From: Malacoraja senta
Lineage: Eukaryota
Length of the DNA: 64,000 nt
Direction: 5' to 3'
Assembly (NCBI GenBank): GCA_038087875.1
Contig: CM075989.1
Coordinates: 15,500,001 to 15,564,000 of the forward strand
Of this stretch, positions 1 to 13,269 are shown piece after piece. The position numbers and the translations under genes are program-made. Under the pieces are notes generated by a model. It was not told the origin of the DNA. It worked only from the letters and a program-made list of their open reading frames with translations, and did not search any database. Each line of letters starts with the position of its first letter. The first letter of the stretch is position 1.

Positions 1-70
1 TTGAATGATAGTCGATTAGGATCTCATGAAGGATTGTCACCAACTCCATTCATGAACTCAAGCCTAATGG
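1..70 (+). CDS. tcf12: TCF12/HEB coding exon (about human exon 5), 3' part, cut by window start
   Basis: Frame 1 reads [23 protein letters not shown](G), matching recalled TCF12 [24 protein letters not shown]; donor G|gtaagt at 71, phase 1. Confidence 0.93.
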
Positions 71-354
71 GTAAGTAGTCATTCTTATCAAGTAGACTCA
101 TAATTTCTAAACTTCTGAGAGCAAGAATGTTCATCTATCATTCCTTATCTGAACTGATATTTCCGGTAGCAAGAGACGTACAATCTGGCTGAAATGCTGT
201 CATTGGGACCAAGAATCGCCGTTTTTCATCGCAAGATTCTTTTCCTGGTTTCTTGATGAAAGATGCTGTTAAATATATTTTGGTCATAAAAGCAGCTTAT
301 ATGGAGAGCATATTGATTAGTGAGTCCTGTGTCTTGTTTGTGGGAGAAATTGAC

Positions 355-1206
355 TTTTTAATGTAGGGCGAAGGGGTAACCATATTTCTAGGTCCCTACC
401 TGGTCGGTGAGGCAGCTTTTTCTCCGGGCTGCCCCATCGACCCGTCCTCGTGGCCTACCAGCGGGCCTGGAGCGCCGTTTCCTGGCGGGGACCGCCCAGC
501 AGCTCGGCTTCGGTGGCGGCACAGCGCTGGGGCGCTATCGCGGAGCGGGTGATGCCTTGCCTGGGTCGCCGCGCTGGATCAACGCGCTGGAGCTCCGGTG
601 AGCTGTGACCGCCGAGTTCAACACCTCCGGGCTGCGGGTCTGCGGAGAAGAGTGGGCGGCGCCGACTTCAACATCGGGAGCCTGGGAGCTCCAAACAGGC
701 GCGGCCTTGTCGGCTTCGGAATGCGGCCGTTCCAGGTGGCCCAGCCGCTGAGAGGACTCTCCCGATGCCGGGGCAACAGCACCCGGTGAGAACGGCCAGG
801 AACATCGGGCCTCCGTAGAGGCAATAGCGGAGGCCTAAATAGGCCTGACTTTGGGAGAACTGGGGATGGGGACTGGACATTGTGCCTTCCCCCACAGTGG
901 TAACCATTGTGGGGGGATGATTTTTGTATGTAGTGTCTATTTTAGTCTGTGTCCAAGATGGCGGTCGGAAGGGAGAGTGGACGCTGGCGCGGTTTAGCTG
1001 CCGCTGCTCTCTCTTCACATTGTGTTTCTGATTATTTTTTTTTGTGTCTTTGGATCGAATTCTGTTTTTAATTTGTTTATTGGTGATGTCTTTATAATTT
1101 ATTTTACTCCGATTATATGTTTCTTACTTGTTAAACTCTGTAAGGTGTCCTTGAGACTTTGGTATAAAGCGTCCATAAATAAAATTTATTATTATTATTA
1201 TTATTG
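355..1206 (+). mobile_element. CpG-rich non-autonomous retroelement with L2-type (ATT)n tail
   Basis: GC/CpG-rich core homologous to 19022-19647; internal ccAAGATGGCGG near 953; ends tgtaaggtgtccttgag...ataaataaaattt(att)n, like the L2 tail at 32574-32650. Confidence 0.75.
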
Positions 1207-2286
1207 TATTTTATGATCATTGCGAACATACAACTTAGATTTGACTATTCTGTGATTTCCATAAAATTTACGTACATTTTAACTTGAGGGTCAAATCAAA
1301 TTTGCCTTGTCCACGTTTTGTTGATTACAATCTTCAAATCTACAAAATTCCTAAAATAACTAATGTTAAACCCTGGTTGAGAAAAAGGGAATATGCATGA
1401 TTTTATGGTGCTCTCGCATTGCTATATAAGTAGTAATCCGAGTGAATTATTCAATTCCAGATTGCTTTTGCAGTGGGTATCTGTTGGAATCTTTACATGT
1501 AATTTGTATTGATTGCAATGTTGTTTAAGTGTTTTTTTAATTACATATGGCACGTATTTTTTTTCTTACCAGTATATCAGTTGTTTGCACAGCTGTAATT
1601 GTCTTTTAACCAGTATTGCAATGGCACCCACATTTCATATCTGAAATTGTAATTAAGAATAATGAGCTGCAATTCATGGCCTCAAATGTGTTTTTGTAGT
1701 GGTTAGACTATAGTTCCACATGAGTGTGTGTGTCCTCAGCTCAGCAGCCTTGCTTCCTTGATAATTACTTCAAAGAATAGGATGCAGATGTTGCTTAAAC
1801 CACCCCACAGCTCTTATCTAACCTGCCTTCCAAGCTTGTCACCTGTTTCCACTTCAATTCAAATAGTATTATTTGGACATAGGCATGCATTTTATGAATT
1901 CTACCCTATCCAATTCCCTTGGAATAAAGCAATCCCAGTCAATATTGCGAAAGTGAAAATTCCCACTGGTGAAACCTTATTGCTTTAATACCTTTCTGCG
2001 ATTTTATCTACATATGTTCTTATTCTCGTTGATTATTTGTGGGCTAATAGTATAACCTCTTTTTTTTTTAAAGTGGATGTGATAAATGCAGTGTTTCCCT
2101 TGGTTGGGGTGTCACTGTCCCAAATTAAGGGATTTTGTCTTTTGAGGATTCGGATACTTTCGATCATCAAGAAAGTAATGGAAGGGATAATTAACAGTGC
2201 TGTCAAGCATACTTAACAACAACCTGTTCACAGAAGCCCCAAAGACCAAACATTGATAAAATAGTTGAACATCAGAGGTGAAGCAT

Positions 2287-3100
2287 TAAGGTGGGCGGCG
2301 CGACCGACGTTGCAGCGGCCTCTGCAGTCCGTCTGTCTTTATTTTTTTTTGTCCCTTTGAGTGTAGTTTGTAGTGGTTTATTTATTGTTTTTAACTGTGT
2401 ATGTGTGGGGGGTGGGGAAACTTAAATCTCTTCCCTGTACGGGGGACCCGACCTTTTCCCTGTCGGGTCTCCGTTGTCGTTGGGGCCTAGCATCGTGGAG
2501 CGGCCTCCAACCGGAACGACCTGGGGGCTCCAGTCGCGGAGCCTGCGGACCTACCATCGTGGAGCTGGCGTTGAGGGCTGTGGTGGCGCGCGGCTGCGGC
2601 CTGACTTCGGAGCTTCGGAGGCTCCAGCCGCAGGCCCGGTGGACGGTGACATCAGGAGCTCGCGGGTCCCTGGTGGGAGACTGCTTTTCGGTGCTCCTGC
2701 AACGGCAATTTCTCCCGCCCGAATTGTGGGGTTGAAAATTACCTGGAGCGGGGCCTTACATCGCCCGGCGCGGCTTTAACGGCCGCGGGACTTGCTAGCG
2801 CCCGCCGGGGGTTCCAACATCACGACCCGGAGCGCGGCCTTGCATCGCCCGGCGCGGCCTTAATTGCCGCGGGACTTACCATCGCCCGCCAGGGGCTTTG
2901 ACATCGGGAGAAGAATGGAGAGCAAGGGAGAGACAAGACTTTGCCTTCCATCACAGTGAGGAGGAGATTCACTGTGATGGATGTTTGTGTAAATTGTGTT
3001 GGTGTGTGTCTTGGTTCTTTTCTTGTTGTATGACTGCAGAAACCAAATTTCGTTTGAACTTCATTTGAGGTTCAAATGACAATAAACGGTATTGTATTGT
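2287..3100 (+). mobile_element. CpG-rich non-autonomous retroelement with Rex1-type tail
   Basis: Clear homolog of 39937-40895 in inverted orientation; two internal units of about 83 bp (2746-2910); ends aatttcgtt...aatgacaataaa...(tattg)n. Confidence 0.8.
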
Positions 3101-3142
3101 AAGAGAGAGTAGGTGCCTTTGACATTAAGGCAGGGTTGATTA

Positions 3143-3268
3143 TAGAAACATAGAAACATAGAAAATAGGTGCAGGAGTAGGCCATTCGGCCCTTCGAGCC
3201 TGCACCGCCATTCAATATGATCATGGCTGATCATCCAACTCAGTATCCTGTACCTGCCTTCTCTCCAT
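3143..3268 (-). mobile_element. CR1/HER1-type LINE 3' end fragment
   Basis: (tagaaaca)n tail followed by ggtgcaggagtaggccattcggcccttcgag, same 3' end as 61730-62268. Confidence 0.8.
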
Positions 3269-3654
3269 TATGGCATTGATGGACTTGGCTAAACTGGAGT
3301 CAAAGGGAATCAGGGAAAACCCTCTGTTTGTTGGAATTACACAGCAACAAGAAAGATAACCACAAGGAGGTCAATCATCTCAGCCACAGGACATATCTGC
3401 AGGAGTTTCTTGGGGTTGTTTCAGAGGTTAAAAGATCTTCAGCTCCTTCATTCATGATCTTCCTTCAGTTGTAAAGTCAGAAGTATGTAAAGTATGCAAA
3501 TGATGCAATTCGGGTAATGAAATGGTGCACTACAAGACCTGGACAATATTCTGGCATGGGCTGATAAATGGCAGATAACAGTTATGCTATACAAGTACCA
3601 GGCATTGATATCCAACAGGAGCAAAAAAATGCTATCACATCTAGGAACGAAGGA

Positions 3655-4092
3655 GGTTACAAAAAATGGCAGACACTGCCTTATCCATCATGAGTACTGA
3701 TGTCCCCACCTTCGAAGGGATCTATAGGAGATGTTGCCTCATAAGGGCAGCCAGCATCATCAAAGACCCACACCACACTGGCCATATTCTCATTTCACTC
3801 CTGCCATCAGCAAGAAGGCTCTGACATCCTGGTTCAGGACAGCTACCCGACAACTATCAGGCTATTGAACACAACAAACACTATCTAAATTGCATAATAC
3901 AAACTATCTTGGTTGTTATAGGGACTTTGGGCACTTGTTTTATTTTACACAAATATTGGGTATTTTTATTTATGAATTTGTTTGCGATATATATTGAGTG
4001 CTGCGTTTACTGACCTGCTAAGGTGCTACAAGTAAGAATTTCATTGTACTATTTCGGTACATATGATAATTAAACACACTTGATTCTTGACT
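3655..4092 (+). mobile_element. Rex1/Babar-type LINE 3' fragment
   Basis: agcatcatcaaagacccacaccac (about SIIKDPHH); tail gtaagaatttcattgt...acactcttga. Confidence 0.65.
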
Positions 4093-4269
4093 AATGTTCA
4101 GGGCATTACTATCCTTGATACTTGCACTATCAATATCATGAAGTTACTGTTGACCAGAACTGAACTGTGGTAACCAGAGTCATAGTGTGGATACAAGATC
4201 AGGTCTTGGAATGCTGCAGTGAGTACCTTGACGCATAACTCCCCAAAGTTAGTTCCATCTAACTCTGAC

Positions 4270-4815
4270 ATGGACACATTCACCCCAATTTCAGGTGTCC
4301 CCCCCCCCCACACTCCTCGTGTACTCGGCTCCCCACCTCACTCGCATCTATGTACTTACTTTTCACTTTCCCCAGCCCCATCACCAAATTCCATTTCCCT
4401 TCATCCATTTCACTCACCTTCTTCCCCCCCCCCCCCCCCCCCCCATACCTTTCTACCCACCAATCCTCCCTCTGGTGTTGCAATTCACTCTCCTTCCTTA
4501 TATGATTTCACCCTTTTATTTTCCGTGGTAATCACCACCAGCTTTGATCCTATCTTCACCCTTCTCTCCCCAATCTAACTCATCTGCCAATCACCCCCCC
4601 ATTGCCTGGATCCATCTGTCACTTGCTAGGTCTTGCCTCACCTCTCACTTCTAGCTTGGTTCTTTCAATGAGCTATCTCCTCTCCACTCCATCACTCAAA
4701 GGGAAAGGAACCTAATCTGCAACCGTACATTTCTCTCCTCAGATGCTGTTTGATCTGCCGAGTTCCTCCAGCATTTTGTTGCCCAAGATTCCAGCATCTG
4801 CAGTCTCTTGTCTTC
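4270..4815 (+). mobile_element. Decayed Penelope-like 3' region
   Basis: C-rich 3' UTR ending agatgctg...gagttcctccagca...ccagcatctgcagt, like the other Penelope-derived ends. Confidence 0.55.
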
Positions 4816-6069
4816 ATTTTCAAGCTTATTTGCAATTGAGTTAGTTTCCAGCCTCTGATTACCCCACATATTCAGTTGACAAAGGGATCGCTTTTACTAG
4901 TTTTTGCTACCTGCACTGTCTGTTGAAAGTGACATGTTTACTTTCAGTGTATATGGGATGTGATTGCCTTTAGGTATTACAATAGAACCCCATTCTGTTC
5001 CAGATCCTTATCTGTATTTGGATAGGGTTAGGGCAATGTCGAAGCACAGACTACTTTATAATTTAGACATTTTGAGTATATTGCACTTCTGAGAAATTAA
5101 ACATAATTTGCTTTGCAGTTCATTCCGAGCTATCACAACAAAGCCACGAGGTATTCGATTAATGAAGCTTGATACTTGCAAGATTAGATCTTGAGATTAG
5201 CTTTATGGCCCACCAGTCTTGATAGTCAGAACAATTGCCTATTTTTGTTGTTGTGAGTTTCAGGTTTGCTTCCCAGTTAAAGGAATTCCCATTACCTCAG
5301 TCAGTCTGGTATTTTCTGCCATTGAGTTTGAGACGTGGGTTCTCCTGGACTTTTATAGATTGAACCACAGGACTGGTCGAGTGATAATGTTTGGTATAGG
5401 TAATATCATATTTTGAGTGGATTGCGGCTGCAGGGAAGGAGAGAAGGTGAGAAGATCCATTTTTACCAGTACACCTAGAAAAAACATTGTATGATGTCAC
5501 TGCTACAGCAGGAGAATGGGTTGGAAAAGTTTAAATTATTGAAGCAGTTGCCAGTGTTGGGAAGGTATTTTGCCATAATGGGGAGATTGAGTGCTTGCCA
5601 AGCCATTCGTGCACCTGGATGGTTCGGGCGGTATAGTTGTGTCAGCTTGGTTTTGGGCTTTCCAATTGTCCCCTGCTGTACAGATGGTGTTTTGGTAAAG
5701 AGGATGAGGACACTGAAAATATATAATACATGGAAAGAGTGCATAGGTTGTGTGAAGTGGTGTGTGGACAAACTCAATTAGTCACTGAACTGATATATGT
5801 TCTTACAGATTGCAAGTAGGAGATTTTTATGGAAGATCTTTCTAATTAGATAATTATGTTTAAACAATTTACTTTAAGGCTAATTTACCAAAAAGCAGTT
5901 CACTTGTGTGGGCTCCAGCTACTGATGTCTATTGCGTTGACTCGCTCTGTGCATCCTTAAGTGTTTCCTTTATGTACAGATGTGTCGGGGCAAGCAAATG
6001 CAATGGAGTTGTTCTGCTTTGACGCATTGGTGAAAAGGGTGGAGTGAACCCAGAACATAGTTGAAAGTT

Positions 6070-6088
6070 GTGCCCCCTGCTGGTGGCA
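6070..6088 (-). promoter_or_regulatory. CTCF consensus site
   Basis: Reverse strand reads tgCCACCAGCAGGGGGCAc, close to the CTCF core, in non-repetitive sequence. Confidence 0.55.
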
Positions 6089-7634
6089 GTGTACTCATCA
6101 CTCAGTATAATGATGATGATTTGGTTGGTGCAAAAGCAGTCGCATATGTCTTGTAAATTCATGTGTTCAAAAAGTTAGCAAACTTAAAGGGTTATCATTT
6201 ATCAGTAATTGAAATTTGCACCTCAGATTTTATTAAATTTGAATTCTGGAATATTTATGAATGATTAACATCCTTTTTAGATAAATGCTTCAGTGTGAAC
6301 TTTCTTCTGTTCTATTGTATTTGTATATCCTTTCTGTCATCCATGCAGCAAAGTGTTGGAGTATTTTTTTGTTTAAAGAAGCATAATATTTAAACCAATA
6401 GTTAACAACCTTTGAAGTACGGAAAGCAAATCAATAGGCCAAGGTATAAATCATCAAAACTCATATATTTAATGTTCCCCTTTTGGATCCTAATCAGCAT
6501 TTACTGGTAACAATGTGTTTTCCCCCCAGATTTGAACCAAATGTTTTCTACAATGTCACTGCACAAATATGTAGTTTGTGAGCTGTAAAGATGATAGTGA
6601 AAGTCAGGAAATATTGGTCATGCTTTGCAACTGAATGTGTTTGTGGTCTCTCTTTTTGTTTTTAGTATTTGTCCATTCATGCATAGCAAAACTGAAAATA
6701 TAAATATTCTTTTGCAGTTAATTTTTTTTCACTGATCGATTAAAAAAGTTAAAGTTTTTTAATAAGGAGACTACGCTTTCCAGCCCACAAAAGATCATGC
6801 ATCAGCCTATGATTCAACCAAAGTATAGTTTGCATTTAAAAAAAAAACCTGTGCAGAAATCTACCATACATTTAGCTTTGCATAAATCACTAATCTGCGT
6901 CCCAAGGTATCTATTGCTCATAGCTGTTGATTTTTAAGTCTTGCTGAATTAGTCTCTGTTAAATCATGTGAATGCTGAGAGAGTATTTATGCTTCTTTAA
7001 ATCCCACGAGGACAGCCCTGTGATGCAGCATTAACGCAGGTTGAAGTCTCCTGCTAATTCAATGCAACTGACGTCGATTACTTTACCTTTCAAGAATGAC
7101 AATATATATATATTTTGTACGTTGAATCCTAGGCATCTAATCTCATACATAAAAATCATCGATTATGAACCAATTTTAAAAGAATAAAATGGTAATTTGA
7201 TCATTTAAGTACTTTGATTTTGAGTTGTTCATTGATAAAAATTAGTTTTCTCACCATGGCATCTTATGAACCAGCAGGGCAACCCTTTGTGAAGGTCTTT
7301 CTCAGTGTTGATCGTTGTGAAGCTTTGATGTTCTAGAATGTTATGTTTCTGTTTCAACATTTACCTAACTGTGCAGTAAACTTACTTTTTCATAGCAATG
7401 CTTGTATATGCAATTGAAACTGCACAATTCAGCTGCTGGTTATCACAACATTCTATTGATGCTGTTCTTTATAGCAACTAAAGCAGATGTGCACATACCT
7501 GTAAATGGGATTGTAACAGTCTGCAAACTATTGCAATATTATTATGGAGACAAGGAAGTACTTTTGAAGTGTAGCTGCTGTTATAAGAAATTTGGCAGAT
7601 AATTTACATGCAAGATTTCACATGCAGCTCTCAT

Positions 7635-7800
7635 GATCAAGGGTTGTGATCTTGGCTGAGGGAATAAATGATGACCAGAGCACTGGTGAGAATTCCTTTG
7701 CACTTTCAATAGTGAGTGGATAGTCTGGATCTTAATTTAAAGATCCCATGTAAGATGATGTTGACCCTTTGGAAATGTAATCGCTTCTATTCAGTTTCCT
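7635..7800 (-). mobile_element. Ancient Deu-domain SINE fragment (AmnSINE/SacSINE-like)
   Basis: ttggctgagggaataaatgatgaccagagcactggtgagaattcc resembles the antisense Deu core; similar + strand fragment near 44325-44380. Confidence 0.4.
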
Positions 7801-7944
7801 ATAACTGAAGTTTCCAGGACTAAGTGGATGGCTGCTCTGGATTGGAGTAATAAGTATGTCTTAACTGTGAATTTGTCACATTTTTACTACTTATTTTTAG
7901 ATGCTTATTGTGAATATTCAACAATATTTGGAGTTTAAGGGAAT

Positions 7945-8144
7945 NNNNNNNNNNNNNNNNNNNNNNNNNNNNNNNNNNNNNNNNNNNNNNNNNNNNNNNN
8001 NNNNNNNNNNNNNNNNNNNNNNNNNNNNNNNNNNNNNNNNNNNNNNNNNNNNNNNNNNNNNNNNNNNNNNNNNNNNNNNNNNNNNNNNNNNNNNNNNNNN
8101 NNNNNNNNNNNNNNNNNNNNNNNNNNNNNNNNNNNNNNNNNNNN
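7945..8144. other. Assembly gap (200 N) flanked by an exact 72-bp duplication
   Basis: 7873-7944 is identical to 8145-8216. Confidence 0.95.
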
Positions 8145-8396
8145 TTGTCACATTTTTACTACTTATTTTTAGATGCTTATTGTGAATATTCAACAATATT
8201 TGGAGTTTAAGGGAATTGAGCCAAATGGGATTTGACCAGGATTGTGGATGATATTGTGAACAGATTTTGTGTAATTAGCTGGAGCTTGATGTCTGAACAA
8301 CTGGAGGAATACTTGTGTCTGTTATGTAAAAATAATGAACTTCACTCTGTTGTTACCTATATTAGACCAGTTCCTAAATTAAATACTATTTCAGTT

Positions 8397-8515
8397 TGTT
8401 TAAGAAGGAAATGCAGATGCTGGAAAATCGAAGGTAGACAAAAATGCTGGAGTAACTCAGTGGGTGAGGCAGCATCTATGGAGCGAAGGAAATAGGCAAC
8501 GTTTCGGGTCGAAAC
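8397..8515 (-). mobile_element. Short Penelope-derived element truncated within hammerhead stem II
   Basis: Matches the terminus of the Penelope at 20005; flanked by tactatttcagtt (8384-8396 and 8523-8535). Confidence 0.8.
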
Positions 8516-9038
8516 AAACCTGTACTATTTCAGTTCATTAGGTTGGTGTAATTTTCAAACGCATATTGTTAACACTTGTCTGGGTATCTATGTTACTCGA
8601 TTCCTTACCTAATTCAGTAATAACAGTAATATCATGATTAATGAACTTGTGAAATGAAAATAGCTACACTAGAAAAATAGTTTTTGAAGCATCTGTATTC
8701 TCAAAGCCCCGCATACCTTTTAAAGGTGGAGTGGTTTCTATATTATTTAAGGAAAAGAATCTTGTAGATCTCTTGATCTTTGTGCATCTCCAAATTTTCT
8801 TGTGCTTTGTTGAAGGCTGGAATCTAGAGCATAGTGTAACTGACATTTGAAGAACACAGTACCAGCCATCCTCCTAACCAAAGTGGGAGTGTAAATGTGA
8901 GCATTGAACCGGCATTCTCAGCTATGGCATCTGGTAAAACGCAGAAATACCTAGTTGAACATGATGCTAATGTAGTTTGGCATAGTGTAAATGAAAGTAG
9001 ATTGCACAATTAATCTTGAAGTGAACTTTGTACCCTGC

Positions 9039-9345
9039 TTTAGTTTAATTTAGTTTAGAGATACAGCGTGGAAACAGGCCCTTCGGCCTGCCAGGTCCGC
9101 GCTGACCAGTGATCCCCGCACATTAACACTATCCTACACCCACGAGGGACAATTTTTATATTTACCAAGCCAATTAACCTACAAACCTGTACGTCTTTGG
9201 AGTGGGGGAGGAAACCGAAGATCTCGGAGAAAATTCATGCAGGTCACAGGGAGAACGTACAAATTCCATACAGACAAGCACCTGAAGTCGGGATTAAACC
9301 CGGGTCTCCGGCGCTGCATTCACTGTAAGGCCGCAGCTCTTACAA
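9039..9345 (-). mobile_element. tRNA-derived V-SINE (HE1-like)
   Basis: (tttag)n tail, CR1-like 3' end (gaaacaggcccttcggcc), V-domain core, B-box remnant. Confidence 0.85.
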
Positions 9346-12300
9346 CCCTGACCACTCTTAGTCTTTTGGTGTTTTATTTTTAAGTATGGAGAATTATTCT
9401 GTAGTGTAAGACAGTTCTATTTCATTTATGAGATTTATCATTCAGTATTTTACCGATCTAAGTTTTGTATAGAAATACATTTAAAGGATTAAAGCAATAT
9501 TGTCTTGCCTCTTTGGTGATTCAGCAGTATTAATCCTGCATAATATTGCAATATTTCAAAATGCTGCAATGGTCTGAAGTATAGCACCAATGAACTTTGC
9601 TCAGTGAGAAATTACATTCATCTGTTTTTCATTTTCTTTTGATGCAGCATAATGATTTTCCTGGAAATTGAATTACCTAGTCATTTATTGACAGTGTGGG
9701 CCTTTTATTGTCCATTGTTTTTGTGTATTAGCAGTGAAATCTGTGTCATTGTTTTTTATTGCCTGTATAAGAAGAAAAATACTCTGCATTTTCTGGCTAG
9801 TATTCTAATTGGGCCTTGAGGCTTATCAAAGTTCTGCATCAACTTCATGTCCTGCACACAATCACTGCAACAGGTGTCTGGTTGGTTTTGAATTCCCTGG
9901 AGAGGTCGCTTTCTTCCCAGTTAGCAGCTGTGACAGGAGCACTGATTTGTCACTGTTCCGTTAGGTTTAGGACTAGTCAGGTAGTATAGGTCATAAATGC
10001 TTTCCGGGCTTTGCCTGCTCTTGTAAGCTTTCTGTCTTCATTATTCTTGTGCACATTAATCTATTCTTCTCTCACACTCTTGTCTGCTCTTTCCCCACTT
10101 GTTAATTGCTGTGCCCTTCTCCCTCAAGCCCCTCTCCATGTAATTGTGGGACTTAATTACGATGAAAGGTACTCTCTCTGCTGATGAAAGGTACTCGGAT
10201 GCCTGTCTACACTAATCCCATTTGTCTTCAATAGGCCTGTATCTCTCCACTTTCCTGTCTTAAGTACCTGTCCAAATGCCTTTTAAATGTTATGTTTTAA
10301 ACATCAACTATTAACTTGGTTTCTTTCACTTCAGATGTTTGGTCTATGAATTCCTAGTTTTTTTTAAATGTTCAACATTCAATTGATTTTGTTTTTAAGT
10401 AATAAACTCTTTTGTATACCTGGCTTGAGAGAAATGTTGTAAAATGAGTGTATTCTAATACATTTAGCTATTAGAAAATTAAGACTCATTAGTTTCTCAT
10501 GTCTTCATTATTCTTTCTGATGGGCTTTGGAAAATATTAAAACATAATTATAAAAGTATATATCTGGTCTTTCCGAAGGTGCATTTCATGTGTTTCCCAA
10601 CAGTTTTATTTGTATAATAATGTCTTTTGAGTCATTGTTATTGCTGATTGCAATTTTAAGAGTTTTAAGAATTTTAAACAAAGTATCAGTGTTTTTGACA
10701 ATTAAGTTGCGTTTTAAATGATCAGTATTGCTCTCTAATTCATTTTTGGCCAAAATCTACATTAGAAGCTGGAAATATTTAGTTTGGTGTATTGAAGAAT
10801 AATTTAGATGACATTGTATATTTTAAGGTTGCTTCCGAAATGTTTGGGCAATCACTGCATTTGAACTTCATTAGAGAGGGCATGTACTTAATATCCATGA
10901 AGATGTGCCAGTTAATGTCAATGGAAATTAATTGTCAACCTTCCTTGTCAAGATTTTAAATACCTCTAATTCAGTTTTTATATACCAGTTGGTTGTTTTC
11001 CTTTTCCTGTTTGAATCCAGTACATTTGAATAGTTTCCTGATTGGATCCAGTTTATTTTTGAGGATATGTCATGATCTGCTTTTGCCCAACAATTTGTAC
11101 ATTCTTTTTAGAGGAATATAGCATTTTAATGTTACACATTAGCTAATTACTATTTCAATTTGAGCATAAAGGGGGAATATTATGTCACTGGCTGTAGCAA
11201 TTGCAATCAAATTAATATTTACAACTGGATAATCAGATCAATGTTGAAGAAATGCTCAGTTATCAAAATCTGAAATAGTCGCCGTGAAATATTGCCAGCA
11301 GAGTTGTTGTGCATTGTAAGGTCAAATATGAATGGATAAAATGTTAAAAGTTCTGCTATTTTCAAGAAGTGTTAATTTAGTAGTCTTTGTTGGGAAGATC
11401 AAATAAGATTGGATGCTCACATTATAGAACAGTTCAATTAAATGTATAAATGTTACCCTTTACTGTTGATGCTATGTTTATTTGCATTGGAACATAGGCT
11501 GCATCTTGGATTAACTTTGGTTGTGAAGTACTTTTGGGACATCATAGATTTTTTGTCTGTAACAAAGTCTGCCTTGCACAAAAGACAGCTAAAGAGGGAA
11601 CTTTTATGTCCTGAAATGGTGGAAGGCTAATGTAATTTGCAAAACCATACCTTGATCAGAAAATCTTTGGAAATTGATATAATAGTGTGCCTTAGACCAT
11701 GCATCTGTCCTGTGGAGGCTAGGAATGCAATTTCCCTTTTTAGTTGAATGTTGATCTCATTTATTTACTAGTGTGTTAATTGAACAGGCTTTCATAGTTG
11801 TTCAATATAAACAGACAATAAGAAAATAGTTGTAAGTGCTGGAGATGTACTTCCACCCCTAAAATCCCTTTCACTAAATCTCGTAATTGAAAATGTGGTT
11901 CGTTAGCCTCAGCATATACCCTCTGGCAATACTTCATGATATTTGTATGCCTGTATATTTGGAGAAAATCATTCAATTGCAGTTAATGTTAGCAATTAAC
12001 AGTATACTTTTAAATGCTTGAATTTAATGTTAATCATATGTCATTTTTGACCATGCATGCTGCCCCAGGACAACAGATTCAGCTCTGGGCACAGCTCGTT
12101 TTTGCAATTTCCCTGCTTATCCCAGAACATCATTTTGTGCAAAGTTATCTTGAACAAAGTCACCTAGAACTCTGATTTGTGCACTTTATAAATGACTATA
12201 GTAGTTGCACCTTCCATTTACATCTCTACCTCTTGCTTTATGTTGACTTTGTCATGTGTGAAACGCAAAATGATTTAATTGGTCTGAAGTTTTTTTTTAA

Positions 12301-13269
12301 ATTCTTACCAGTTGCATTGGTTTTTGCACCTTTTTTGCCTGGTGGATTTAACTGCCCAAGTATCACTCCTCCAAATGTCATATCTCCAAATGAACCACAC
12401 TAACCTGCCTTTTTAAATGTCCATAATTTTAAATTTGTGCCTTTACATTATTATTACTTCATCGTATCGTAAGTAATGCTTTGAATTGGTCAGATTGTCA
12501 TACTGTTTTCCATGTCTATCTGCACTTTTCTACGTACAAGACATAATGCGTATTCTCTGCCACAAATGTTGAAGCAATTTGTGAAGCGATTAGATTCCTA
12601 AATATGAAAGGGCATGGGGTACAATTCAGGCCAGTAATATCAGGATATTGCTAAGTATTGGTCAGTATTTCCCTGCAAGACTTTGATGTGACCACAACAG
12701 TTATGAACTTATAAGGAAGGATATATTTCTTTTGGACGCAGTCCAGAGAAGGTTGCATCCTGACATGAAGTGTATCTTTGGAAAGCAAACAGGGTTGGCT
12801 GATATCAAAGTCTAGAGTTAGGGCTAACTAAGGTCCAGGATAAGTGATCAATCATTTAAGATTGAAGTAAGAACTCTTTTCAGGGTTGTGAATCTTGCAA
12901 TACGGTCAATTTGGCTAAGATATACTGAAACTTTTAAAAAGAATACAAACACTTTTGAGAAAATAGTATCAACTGAAAACACTTTATTTAACATTCTGTG
13001 CTTTAAAAAAAAGTGTGAATTTCCTTTATTTTAGATTCTTCACCAGTAGATTCTCCAGTGGAAATGCTGTAGAATAAAAGCACAATCCTGTTTCTTCTGG
13101 GGGCTCAGCTGGAAAATATTGGCTGTGCTTAAAGCCTAAAACTTCTGGGGACATAAGCTGAAAAATGCTAGTACTTTCATGTGCAGCTGCTGGCAAAACG
13201 TGGTCACTTATATCAGAACCATAATGTAAGCAGCATGTTCTGGAGCCTGTCTGATCTTCGCACATCCAC

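Larger units (their letters stand above)
2160..4260 (+). mobile_element. Old CR1-type LINE RT remnant hosting three nested insertions
   Basis: Decayed RT motifs (gcctttgacattaaggca, about ALDIKA; tctgcaggagttt, about SAGVPQG) interrupted by the elements at 2287-3100, 3143-3268 and 3655-4092. Confidence 0.55.

Noticed and set aside
10161-10196. CTGATGA within a 14-bp direct repeat as a hammerhead or C/D snoRNA
   Set aside because: No stem II/GAAA and no suitably placed D box with terminal stem; a simple local duplication
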